Assembly (NCBI GenBank): GCA_963675755.2
Contig: CAXXMD010000002.1
Location: forward strand, 1,504,001-1,568,000
DNA from: a bacterium
GTDB lineage: Bacteria > Zhuqueibacterota > Zhuqueibacteria > Residuimicrobiales > Krinioviventaceae
Direction of reading: 5' to 3'
Length of the DNA stretch: 64,000 nucleotides
Shown: piece after piece, positions 19,707 to 29,017 of the stretch
Layout of the letters: every line of letters starts with the position of its first letter
How positions within the stretch are numbered: the first letter of the stretch is position 1
The notes under the pieces: generated by a model
Databases searched by the model: none
The model's input: the letters and a program-made list of their open reading frames with translations, nothing else
What the model was told of the DNA's origin: nothing
Program-made: the position numbers and the translations under genes

Positions 19707-21971
19707 TTATTTAAACAACTCGCCGATTATAGAGTTTTTGATTCCGTCAAAAGAACCCTTAATTTTCAAGATTTCGGATTTTGATAAATCCATTTCATCT
19801 GTACATTGAACCGAGTAAGGATAAACAGGTATTTCTGCTCCATACTTGACAAAAACCGGCATTTCATCCAGGGATGTTTCAAAATGTTTAATCCAGCATT
19901 CTCCATCTATTACAGTCCCATCAAAAAAGTTCACCCATTTGCCTGCCGGCAGATATATATCACGAACATTTTCAGAATTCATAACAGGCGCTACCAGAAA
20001 ATCATCACCAAAGTAGTACTGATCATCAATGTGTAAACAGGTAGGGTCATCGGGATGGTGCAGCATTAATGCCCGTAACACCGGCATTCCGGTTTCAGTA
20101 ACTTTTTTTGATTGTTCATAGATGTATGGGATCAATGCGTAACGCAGTTTCCACCAGCGACGAACGATATCTGCAATTCGGGGATATTCATACGGTTCGC
20201 GCCTGGATGTTCCGTGATAACGGATATGTGAGGAAAAGACTCCAAACTGGGTCCAGCGAACATACAAGTCATCAGGTACGATGGAATTCATAAAATCAGG
20301 TACGCTATGGAATCCCGGTACATCATGACTCCAGAATCCAAATCCGGACAATCCCAGGTGCAATCCGCCTTTTAAAGAACCGGCCAAACCGTCCCAACTG
20401 CACGCTGCATCGCCACCCCAATGCAATGGGTATCGCTGGCATCCCGCCCAACCGGCACGTGCCCAGACTATACCATCACCCGTCACCTCTTTCGTGACCT
20501 CATACGCGGCTTTTTGATAGAGCAACGCATAGAGGTTTCGTAACAGACGGGGTTCCATGTTTTTATATTTGGCATTCATGTGGATCTCTTCACCAAAATC
20601 CGTTTTAATGCACACTGCACCCATTTTCAGCAGGTTACGCAATAATCCCTTGTACCAGTCTGTAGCTTCCTTGCTGGTAAAATCGATTGTCCCTGCATAA
20701 TCTAAAGCACTGAAATTGGAACCACCTTGTTTCATTGTTTGGACTAACGGACCAATATATTTATTTGCTACTGCCTCATCATGCTGTTCGGCATCGGCAG
20801 CAATGTATGGCATTTGCCATAGACTGACACGATAGCCTTTGTCCTTCAGATCTTTCATAAACTGCTGCGGATCAGGGAATCGTTCATCATTAAATTTCCA
20901 CTCACACAACCAGTCAGTTTTGAACCAGCCGGTATCCAGATGGATCACATCGCAAGGATACTCTTCTTTACGCAAACGATCACAAATCTCATTGACTTCA
21001 TCAGCCGAAAAATAGGTCATTCGGCTCATCCAGGTGCCAAAACTCCATAGAGGAGGCATGGATGGAAACCCGGTTAATCGACGATAGTTATACAAAACCG
21101 ATTCCAGGTCTTTGCCGCCAATGAGAAACAGATCAATCATTGGATCTTCCAGCAAAATTTGTACTGACCGGGTAGACTGGTCTGCAAAAGAGATGCGTGT
21201 TGCAGCCGAAGTATGCATAAACATGCCATACTGTCTGCTGGATACAAAAAACGGAATATTCTTGTAGGTCCGTCGCGAGTTGACGCCCTGTCCATCCTGA
21301 TTTTCAAGATATAATGTCTTACCGGACAAGTCCATTTTAGTAAAACGTTCACCTGTGCCTGAAAAAACTTCGTTGGCACCCGCATGAAAGGAAATGGTAG
21401 ATTTGTTAACATCCTTTCCTTCCTGCACATACGCAAGCGCCAGGCCATCGTGCCGGGCAGGAAAGAATTGATCATAGGCGTCAATCCGGATCTTTTTATC
21501 ACCATCGGGATAAAACACAGCGTTCAGGGTTTCTTCCGGTTTGGGTAATAGGTCACTCCAATAATCAATTTTGGGATCTGCAAGATAAAACACAGCCCGT
21601 TTGCGGTCCTGATTATCAAGCACAATCCATTCATCATTTTCAATTTGGACATGCAGGGGAACAATTTCAAGATCTGGGGCCATTTCCAGCATGGGTGAAT
21701 TCTCCATACGGGTCCCCGTGAATCCAATACAAACGCGCAATATATCACTACCATATGCTCTTAGCATGAGTTGATACGATTGCGGAGCGACATCCGGTTC
21801 CGGGCCCATTTCAAGAGAACATATCTGTTGCTGAAACGGCAGATCAATCACAACATCGGTGCCGTCTGTTTTAATATCGGTGGGTTTTATAGCTCTGAAC
21901 AGCAGTTGACTGCCGTTCAGAGCGGGATCAAAATCTAAAAAGTCTAAAAGATATTGGTTGGTCAACTTCAT
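19707..21971 (-). CDS. alpha-xylosidase, GH31, cytoplasmic
   Basis: YKNIPFFVS, DVIHLDTGWF, IKTDFGE nucleophile motif, HWGGD, WSHDVPGF; no signal peptide. Confidence 0.93.
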   Translation of the reverse strand: MKLTNQYLLDFLDFDPALNGSQLLFRAIKPTDIKTDGTDVVIDLPFQQQICSLEMGPEPDVAPQSYQLMLRAYGSDILRVCIGFTGTRMENSPMLEMAPDLEIVPLHVQIENDEWIVLDNQDRKRAVFYLADPKIDYWSDLLPKPEETLNAVFYPDGDKKIRIDAYDQFFPARHDGLALAYVQEGKDVNKSTISFHAGANEVFSGTGERFTKMDLSGKTLYLENQDGQGVNSRRTYKNIPFFVSSRQYGMFMHTSAATRISFADQSTRSVQILLEDPMIDLFLIGGKDLESVLYNYRRLTGFPSMPPLWSFGTWMSRMTYFSADEVNEICDRLRKEEYPCDVIHLDTGWFKTDWLCEWKFNDERFPDPQQFMKDLKDKGYRVSLWQMPYIAADAEQHDEAVANKYIGPLVQTMKQGGSNFSALDYAGTIDFTSKEATDWYKGLLRNLLKMGAVCIKTDFGEEIHMNAKYKNMEPRLLRNLYALLYQKAAYEVTKEVTGDGIVWARAGWAGCQRYPLHWGGDAACSWDGLAGSLKGGLHLGLSGFGFWSHDVPGFHSVPDFMNSIVPDDLYVRWTQFGVFSSHIRYHGTSRREPYEYPRIADIVRRWWKLRYALIPYIYEQSKKVTETGMPVLRALMLHHPDDPTCLHIDDQYYFGDDFLVAPVMNSENVRDIYLPAGKWVNFFDGTVIDGECWIKHFETSLDEMPVFVKYGAEIPVYPYSVQCTDEMDLSKSEILKIKGSFDGIKNSIIGELFK

Positions 21972-21993
21972 AAATACGATTACCAGTCATTTA

Positions 21994-23886
21994 CTACAAT
22001 TGTAATTGTTTTTTCTTCAAAAGGTCCAGAAATTCAGGTTCAAGACCTGCATTATCCTTGATTTTCTTGGACACATCAGGACCGTTATTCTTCCACTCGT
22101 TACCGGGTCCCGGATTATTTGAAAAGAATTTATCCTTTTCGCTCCAATTGTTAATAGCGCGAATAAAAGAAGAACCTTCATCATAATAAATATATTGAAA
22201 ATGATTGGGATCATGCGTGTATGGTGCATCCAAAAGATGGTGAATACTGTTTTCACTGATCTCTGTATTGGGTTGACCGGACAAGGTATATACACCGCCT
22301 ACATCATAATTGTTTTGTGCAAAATGATGAATATTGTTTGCATGTACGCGATTGTTTTTCATACAACTGATGGTACGGGTCCATCCCCAGCCAATACTGA
22401 TACCGGAATAATTTAAATAACTGATTTCATTATGTTCAATTGTAATGTCATGCGCATACCCAACACCAATACCAACGCAGCCCCAGTCTTCATTGGTACA
22501 ATCGGTAACCAGATTATTGACAATGGTTTCAAAACGGCAGACTATTCGTTCATCAGTAGGGTCATAAGGCAAATGGGCTTCAAAACTCCGGTCACCATAA
22601 AAACCCATTTGCAATCCGGTACCGCCAACATCTCTTATAATATTACCCTGCACCAAATTGTGATGGGTGCCGGATACAAAATCGAGTGCGGTTGCAGCCA
22701 TGTGTTCAAAACTGCAGCGATTTATAAATATATTATTGGCATTTACAAGCGTTACTCCCGCCGGTTGACGCTCTACCCAGGCTTGATTTTCAAGCCATTC
22801 TTTATCCGGTGTTCCCGGAACGGGAAGCTTGTAGGCATCCAGCAATGAAAATCCTGCCTGCAGCGGCACATGCCCTTTTAATGAAGGACGCAGCCAGGTA
22901 GTATGCTCAAAACCAATGCCCTGAAATTGAACATGAGAAACCGGCATATCCAGAGTACCATCAACATAGAGCAACGTTTCAAGATAGGGTACAACGACTT
23001 TAACCTTATCCATATCTTCAACATCACGGGGCCAGTAATAAACTTTTCCGGCATCCAAATCCAGGAACCATTCTCCGGGACTGTTTAACAGACCAATATC
23101 ATTGGTTAAATAATAAGCAGAATTACCGTTCTGATCCTTGTTTACATCGATAAAAGGAGTAGGCCAGGGATGCTCAAACTCGATTCGGCTTTCGGGTTGA
23201 CAAAAACTGATTTTTGCGACATCACCTTCAATCTCGATATCTTTGACACGTAAAATTGCAATGGCCCACCATTGATGGATAAAAAATTCAAGCTGAGATA
23301 CATTATGAATGGTTTGAGATGGTGCCGGAATCATAAAGGTTTCATTCAGATTGTCAACAGACAGAATGCGCGGCATATCACCATCGTTCATAGTATTTGC
23401 TCTGACGGCTTTATTGTTATCCACCCACATTTGGCGGAACTCGAAAATCCGTCCACCTTCTCGGGGTGCATCTGCTACCCACACATTCCCCTGAGCCACA
23501 GCAGGTAAACCATCTACTGTGCCTGCTTTTTTCCATCCGGTTACAGTTCTTCCTCCACTGAATACCGGATGTGCATTAGGTGCTGCCATTACAATTGTCG
23601 GACTGTCAGCAGTGCCCGAGTCTTCAGGACGAAAAAATACCGGTTCGTTCAGGGTATATACACCATCCTCAACGATAATATGTATACCCTCTTTGATAGA
23701 CACATCTTTCAGGCGACGCATTTCTCTTGCCTTGCGTTGTGCCATTTGTAATGTGGCAAAAGGTGTTATCTTGCTGCCATCATTATAATCTGAACCGGTT
23801 GGAGAAACATATATATTTGCTGCCGCTCCGACCAAAAACGGAAAGCACAAAACCACTATAAATAAAATCAACAATGTTCTTTTCAT
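21994..23886 (-). CDS. right-handed beta-helix glycoside hydrolase, GH141-like
   Basis: IYVSPTGSD..GS...PFATL, LNSPGEWFLD, ITIEHNEI..LNYSGISIGWGW, DVGGVYTLS, IYYDEGSS; signal peptide. Confidence 0.85.
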   Translation of the reverse strand: MKRTLLILFIVVLCFPFLVGAAANIYVSPTGSDYNDGSKITPFATLQMAQRKAREMRRLKDVSIKEGIHIIVEDGVYTLNEPVFFRPEDSGTADSPTIVMAAPNAHPVFSGGRTVTGWKKAGTVDGLPAVAQGNVWVADAPREGGRIFEFRQMWVDNNKAVRANTMNDGDMPRILSVDNLNETFMIPAPSQTIHNVSQLEFFIHQWWAIAILRVKDIEIEGDVAKISFCQPESRIEFEHPWPTPFIDVNKDQNGNSAYYLTNDIGLLNSPGEWFLDLDAGKVYYWPRDVEDMDKVKVVVPYLETLLYVDGTLDMPVSHVQFQGIGFEHTTWLRPSLKGHVPLQAGFSLLDAYKLPVPGTPDKEWLENQAWVERQPAGVTLVNANNIFINRCSFEHMAATALDFVSGTHHNLVQGNIIRDVGGTGLQMGFYGDRSFEAHLPYDPTDERIVCRFETIVNNLVTDCTNEDWGCVGIGVGYAHDITIEHNEISYLNYSGISIGWGWTRTISCMKNNRVHANNIHHFAQNNYDVGGVYTLSGQPNTEISENSIHHLLDAPYTHDPNHFQYIYYDEGSSFIRAINNWSEKDKFFSNNPGPGNEWKNNGPDVSKKIKDNAGLEPEFLDLLKKKQLQL

Positions 23887-24093
23887 AACAACCAACCTCA
23901 TTTTTGGGGCAGAATAGAAATGTATCACAACTGCCAGGATTACTTTTCTACTTAAACGTTTTCCTAACTTGTTTAAATTATGATAAAAATTTTTACAATC
24001 ATTTACAATATATTTTTAAGTTATTTGTAATTATTTCGCCTTGAGATTCAACATAATTCCCATATATTATGATATACCTTTGGGAGCTACTTG

Positions 24094-25335
24094 ATGAAAA
24101 CTAAACGGGATTTCCAAATATTTGCCAAAATAGCAGGTGCAGCCTGTAACCTGAATTGCCATTATTGTTACTATTTAAACAAAAATAAGCAATACTCGCA
24201 TGTATCTCCCATGAATGATACTGTTCTTGAAACCTACATCCGGCAGCATATAGAAGCCTGTCCTGAACAAATTATCCGGTTTTCCTGGCATGGCGGTGAA
24301 CCCACCTTGCCTGGTATTGCCTATTTTGAAAAAATAATCCGTTTACAGCAAAAATATTGTCCTTCAGACAGGCAGATAGTTAACGGTATACAAACCAATG
24401 CCACTCTTATAGATGAGGATTGGAGTAAATTTCTTGCAGAGCACCAGTTTATCGTAGGCGTAAGCATGGATGGTCCTGAAGAACTGCACAACCAATTTCG
24501 CCGGGGAAAATCAGGACAAGCCACACATGATCAAACGCTGCGTGGATTTCAGTTATTACAAAGACATGGTACAAATCCCGAGATCCTCTGTGTGGTCAAT
24601 GCTGAAAATGTTCAGCATCCGCTAAAGGTATACCGTTATTTCAAAGAGCTGGGTGCGGAATACATGACGTTTCTCCCCCTGGTAGAGCCCACACAAGACA
24701 CCGAAACAACAGTTAGTAAAGTTTCAGTTCCTTCAAAGAACTTTGGGAATTTTCTATGTATTATATTTGACGAATGGATGGATAAAGACATTGGCAGTAT
24801 CAAAGTACAAATATTTGAAGAAGCCACCCGTACCGCATTCAAACAGCAACACTCACTCTGTATATTTCGGGAGACCTGTGGAGATATACCGGTTGTAGAG
24901 CATAATGGTGACTTTTATGCCTGTGATCATTATGTCAATCCGCAACATCTGCATGGTAACATTATGAAAACCCATTTGGGATTATTGATAGAATCCCCTG
25001 TCCAAAGACAATTTGGTGAAAACAAAAAATCCCTGCCCGCATATTGTTTACATTGTGAGGTCAGGAATATGTGCAACGGTGGCTGCCCGAAAAACAGAAT
25101 AATTGACACACCTGACGGTGAACCGGGTCTCAATTATCTCTGTGCAGGATACAAACTATTCTTTAACCATTGCCGCCCGTTTGTTGAACAGGTTGCCCAA
25201 TTATGGTGCGAACAAAATCCTATACCATCTTTTCCACTCTCTGCATCAAAATCACCGGGACGTAATGATCCCTGTCCCTGCGGCAGCGGTAAAAAATACA
25301 AAAAATGTTGTTTAAACAAATCCGGCCGGGTTTAA
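24094..25335 (+). CDS. anaerobic sulfatase-maturating enzyme (radical SAM/SPASM) with C-terminal SEC-C motif
   Basis: CNLNCHYC, WHGGEPTL, SPASM cysteines (CIFRETCG, ACDHYV, CLHCEV..CNGGCPK..YLC), GRNDPCPCGSGKKYKKCC. Confidence 0.93.
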   Translation: MKTKRDFQIFAKIAGAACNLNCHYCYYLNKNKQYSHVSPMNDTVLETYIRQHIEACPEQIIRFSWHGGEPTLPGIAYFEKIIRLQQKYCPSDRQIVNGIQTNATLIDEDWSKFLAEHQFIVGVSMDGPEELHNQFRRGKSGQATHDQTLRGFQLLQRHGTNPEILCVVNAENVQHPLKVYRYFKELGAEYMTFLPLVEPTQDTETTVSKVSVPSKNFGNFLCIIFDEWMDKDIGSIKVQIFEEATRTAFKQQHSLCIFRETCGDIPVVEHNGDFYACDHYVNPQHLHGNIMKTHLGLLIESPVQRQFGENKKSLPAYCLHCEVRNMCNGGCPKNRIIDTPDGEPGLNYLCAGYKLFFNHCRPFVEQVAQLWCEQNPIPSFPLSASKSPGRNDPCPCGSGKKYKKCCLNKSGRV

Positions 25336-26184
25336 TCAGGTAGCCAGCTTTTCTTTGAAAAAAGCAACTGTTCGTGACCAGGCCAGATCGGCCGCCTCCT
25401 TGTCGTATCGGGAACCGGTATCATTATTAAACGCGTGGCCCGCCCCATCATAGATAAAATATTGGTACTCTTTGTTTGCGGATTTTAGCGCTTTTTCAAA
25501 ATCCGCTATTCCCGCATTAATCCGCTCATCGGTTCCGCCATAATGCATCATCAATGGAGCTTGAATTTTGGATACATCCTCTTCCTCAGGCTGGCGCCCA
25601 TAATAAGGTACAGCTGCATCAAGGTCCGGTGCATTTACAGCGACCTGGTTGGTCATGGCACCGCCCCAGCAAAATCCGGTACAGCCGACTTTGCCGGTAG
25701 ATTGCGGATGTGTTTTCAAATATTTGACCGCTGCGGTAAAATTCTTAACTGTTGTGGGATAATCCAGCACACGCATTTGAGTACGGGCCATATCCTCATC
25801 CGGAGGAGTCCCTCCGCTTTCAGATAATGCGTCCGGGGCAATTGCCAGAAAGCCTTCCAAAGCCATACGTCGTGTTACATCACGGATATGATCATTCAGT
25901 CCCCGGTTTTCGTGAATAACAATCACCGCCGGATACTTTTTTTCCGCTTTGGGCCTAGCCAAATAGGCCATCATTTTACCGGATTCAACGGGATATTTAA
26001 TATCATCAATAAATAACCGTTCATCGTCTTTGGGCACAATATCCGCAAAAGCTTTTAGGTTGCCCAATAGGGTTGCTGCTACAGCAGCACTGCCTGTAAT
26101 TTTAACAATCCTTGTTGTGAATTCCCTGCGTGTAATCATTCCCCTCGAAAACAAGGCATACAGATCAATTATTTTTTGATCCAT
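25336..26184 (-). CDS. dienelactone hydrolase family protein (YghX-like), Tat signal
   Basis: ITRREF, VIHENRGL, GFCWGG nucleophile, D.RIN, HAFNND; AGGAG RBS before MDQK. Confidence 0.93.
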   Translation of the reverse strand: MDQKIIDLYALFSRGMITRREFTTRIVKITGSAAVAATLLGNLKAFADIVPKDDERLFIDDIKYPVESGKMMAYLARPKAEKKYPAVIVIHENRGLNDHIRDVTRRMALEGFLAIAPDALSESGGTPPDEDMARTQMRVLDYPTTVKNFTAAVKYLKTHPQSTGKVGCTGFCWGGAMTNQVAVNAPDLDAAVPYYGRQPEEEDVSKIQAPLMMHYGGTDERINAGIADFEKALKSANKEYQYFIYDGAGHAFNNDTGSRYDKEAADLAWSRTVAFFKEKLAT

Positions 26185-26342
26185 TTTATCTCTCCTTGAA
26201 TTGAATAAAACTCCCTTTTCAATCATAATCATAAACCAAACCCAACGCAACACTTTTTTTCTCTATTCAAGAAATTCCTTTGATTTGTGAAAAATCTTGT
26301 TACTTTTTTAACACAATTCAAGATGAACAAAAGGAGTTTGCG

Positions 26343-28121
26343 ATGAAAAAGTGGTTTTTATTCAGTTTAATTTTATTTATATCCTTAAACGTTTTCGGTC
26401 AGGATAAATTCTGGATCCGGGACGGAGACGAGATCCTGTTCTGGGGTGACAGTATTACCGATGACGGAATCTATTCCAGAATCGTTGAAAATTATGTACT
26501 CACCTACTATCCTGATTGGAATGTAAAATTTGTGAATCTGGGCTGGGGCGGCGACCGTTCATCTTTTTATCCCAGACTTGAACGTGATATTGCATTGAGT
26601 AAACCTGACCGCGTAACCATTATGCTGGGAATGAATGACGGATTGTACCAAGCACCCGACGCAGAAGTTCAGCAAACCTATGTGGATGGTATTCACACCC
26701 TGATCAAAATATTAAAAGAGCGTTCCAATCCTGAAATTCTGCTCATATCTCCCACTCCGTACGATCTTCGTTGTCGTGTGGATCTGGCAAACGGATTTAC
26801 AACCAGACTTAAAGACATGTCACGCGCTTTTTATCCCCCCACTCTGCGCCGTTTAACCAAAGCCTTGCAGGAAATTGCAGACAAGGAAGGTTGTCGCTAT
26901 TATGACCTGCATCAGGATTATATTGAGCGAATCGAAGAGCTGGACGGGTTTAGCGGAGATTACCAACTGACTGCAGAAGGCATTCATCCCAATATTGATG
27001 GTGCTGTGTATATGGGACTGGGAATCCTGGACGCCATGCAGGCTTCCAAAGATGTAGCGGGTGTCTGGTTCGATGAGGCCGGCCAGGTAGACAGTACCTA
27101 TGACTGTAAAATATCTGATCTCAAAACGGATGATAAATCCATATCTTTTACACGTGACGCACAACGCTTACCCATGCCGTTGTATCCGTCAGTACGGGAA
27201 ACCTTTTTGAAACTGATCGATTATAAAAATGCCTGGAACCGGGACATGCTCGCAGTTGCCGGTAAAGATTCTGCCACCTGGTTTGAATTGCGAATTGATG
27301 GTGTTTTGGTTGACATGGTTACCGGTTATGAACTGGGAAATGGAGTAAACCTCAGTACGTATATGGCTTCTCCCATTATGGAACAGGCGTATCGGGTATT
27401 TGAAGCCACTGAAAGATATGAAGATACCTTTTATGCCATGTGGCGTTACAACCTGCTCAAAGGTGTAAGAGGTCCAAATGAGTATACTCCTTTTGATGAA
27501 ACTGTTGATACCAAACCGTTTTACGACAAATTGGATGAAATCTATAAAGAACAGCATACAATCAATCAACCCAAGTCTCATAAAATCGAGATCAAAGCGG
27601 TAGATGTTCCCATATTTAAAAATATTGCAAAAGCAGAAATTTGCACTGAATTCCTGCAAGATTTTAACAAGCTCCATTTTGAAATTGATTCCAAATTGCT
27701 GCGAACATTCAATTCGCCACTGTGTTTGTATGGCAATTTCACCTATACACCGCAATATCAATGGACAATCCTGGAAACCAAAGGCTACTATACCGACGTT
27801 CCCGCAGAGATGTATGATGACGGTACTCATGGCGACAAAAAAGCCGGTGACGGTGTTTACAGCCTGGACATGTACATCCAAAAGGATGCCGGTACACTGC
27901 AATTTGCCGTGCAGGATGGCATCTATTTAAAAGAATTCTGGAACCGCCTTGAAGCAGAAAACCATCGTGATGCGGAATGTGACTGGTTGACCATTGCCTG
28001 GGGTAAACTGGACAGCACCCTGAACGAAAGAGGTACCCGCATTGAAGTAAAATCCAATGCACCCCAATCCTTTATCTGGGACAAGGATCAGTTTGAAAAA
28101 GCAGTAAAAGCAGGATTGTAA
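26343..28121 (+). CDS. secreted SGNH/GDSL esterase with C-terminal 'DDGxxGDxxAGDGVY' (choice-of-anchor X-like) domain
   Basis: GDSITD block I, NLGWGGD, LGMND, EGIHP; MYDDGTHGDKKAGDGVYS. Confidence 0.85.
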   Translation: MKKWFLFSLILFISLNVFGQDKFWIRDGDEILFWGDSITDDGIYSRIVENYVLTYYPDWNVKFVNLGWGGDRSSFYPRLERDIALSKPDRVTIMLGMNDGLYQAPDAEVQQTYVDGIHTLIKILKERSNPEILLISPTPYDLRCRVDLANGFTTRLKDMSRAFYPPTLRRLTKALQEIADKEGCRYYDLHQDYIERIEELDGFSGDYQLTAEGIHPNIDGAVYMGLGILDAMQASKDVAGVWFDEAGQVDSTYDCKISDLKTDDKSISFTRDAQRLPMPLYPSVRETFLKLIDYKNAWNRDMLAVAGKDSATWFELRIDGVLVDMVTGYELGNGVNLSTYMASPIMEQAYRVFEATERYEDTFYAMWRYNLLKGVRGPNEYTPFDETVDTKPFYDKLDEIYKEQHTINQPKSHKIEIKAVDVPIFKNIAKAEICTEFLQDFNKLHFEIDSKLLRTFNSPLCLYGNFTYTPQYQWTILETKGYYTDVPAEMYDDGTHGDKKAGDGVYSLDMYIQKDAGTLQFAVQDGIYLKEFWNRLEAENHRDAECDWLTIAWGKLDSTLNERGTRIEVKSNAPQSFIWDKDQFEKAVKAGL

Positions 28122-28158
28122 TCATTTAACCTCCCGGAGGTAATTCATCAAGAAACAT

Positions 28159-28218
28159 ACGAAGCAGAGCTTCGCGCCATAGTTCCGTCCCATCCGTCAG
28201 CTGACGGATGGGACGGAG
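28159..28218. repeat. REP-like double hairpin containing a perfect 34-bp palindrome
   Basis: CGAAGCAGAGCTTCG hairpin, then TCCGTCCCATCCGTCAG|CTGACGGATGGGACGGA (28184-28217). Confidence 0.75.
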
Positions 28219-28281
28219 AATTAATGATTTTTTTAAGATTATGACTTTTTCAAACAATCACCAAGTGAACCTGAATTATCT

Positions 28282-28313
28282 AAAACCCTGGTTAATTTGA
28301 CCCGGGCTTTTTT
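28282..28313. terminator. probable bidirectional terminator
   Basis: AAAA-CCCTGGTTAA..TTGACCCGGG-CTTTTTT between convergent genes. Confidence 0.55.
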
Positions 28314-28319
28314 ATAAAA

Positions 28320-28772
28320 TTAACTCAACTCTGAAGTACAACTCGGGCATCGGGTTGCTTTGATTGAAATGGTAGAAAAACAATGGGGACATTCTTTGGT
28401 TGTGGGTTCAGCGGGTGGAGCTTCTTCTTTACGTTTCAATCGATTAATACTGCGGATGACTAGAAAAACAGAAAATGCTACAATTATAAAGCTGACAATG
28501 GTATTGATAAACAATCCGTAATTCAATGTAACTGCCCCGGCTGCTTGCGCGTCAGCCAAAGATGCATAAGGAGCGGCAGCAGCAGTACCCTCTTTTAATA
28601 CCAGAAAGAGATTCGTAAAATCAACATTTCCCAAAAGCAGACCAATGGGCGGCATGATAATGTCAGCCACCAAGGACTTTACGATTGTTCCAAAAGCCGC
28701 ACCGATAATAATACCCACCGCCATATCAATGACATTTCCACGCATGGCAAATTCTTTAAACTCTTTGAACAT
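28320..28772 (-). CDS. mscL: large-conductance mechanosensitive channel with C-terminal CxxC..CxxC zinc ribbon
   Basis: [36 protein letters not shown]; tail ECPHC..RCPSCTS. Confidence 0.97.
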   Translation of the reverse strand: MFKEFKEFAMRGNVIDMAVGIIIGAAFGTIVKSLVADIIMPPIGLLLGNVDFTNLFLVLKEGTAAAAPYASLADAQAAGAVTLNYGLFINTIVSFIIVAFSVFLVIRSINRLKRKEEAPPAEPTTKECPHCFSTISIKATRCPSCTSELS

Positions 28773-28916
28773 GTTTACATCTCCTTGATTAACAAAAACA
28801 AATGTTAGGTAAAATAGATTTTTACTAAACCTTATGAATGTAAAATAAATTCCATTTAATCAGGATTTTCTACCTCCGGAAGGTTGGCATGAATATGTTG
28901 TGCAGAGCCTTTTATC

Positions 28917-28939
28917 GTGACAGAGATAATCTCTGTCAC
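28917..28939. repeat. isolated palindrome, REP-like
   Basis: GTGACAGAGAT-A-ATCTCTGTCAC. Confidence 0.45.
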
Positions 28940-29017
28940 AATCGTTTTTCAGTGAATCTGAAAATTTTTGAATACTGCCTACTTAAGAAACAGCAAGCCG
29001 GACCATAATTACAAAAC

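Noticed and set aside
23951-23964. LacI-type operator-like CTTAAACGTTTTCC between the GH141 operon and anSME
   Set aside because: Imperfect single site in AT-rich DNA with no regulator nearby; too weak to call
23887-24090. Cobalamin or other riboswitch upstream of the methyltransferase-containing operon
   Set aside because: Region is short and AT-rich with no B12-box or conserved stems visible
24094-25335. Radical SAM/SPASM protein as a RiPP maturase
   Set aside because: Motifs match anaerobic sulfatase maturases, a Cys-type sulfatase is present in the window, and no precursor peptide is adjacent
27189-27902. Long antisense ORFs (also 18432..19046, 37575..38198, 38463..38987, 53603..54238)
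   Set aside because: Shadows on the opposite strand of well-supported genes, with no recognisable motifs
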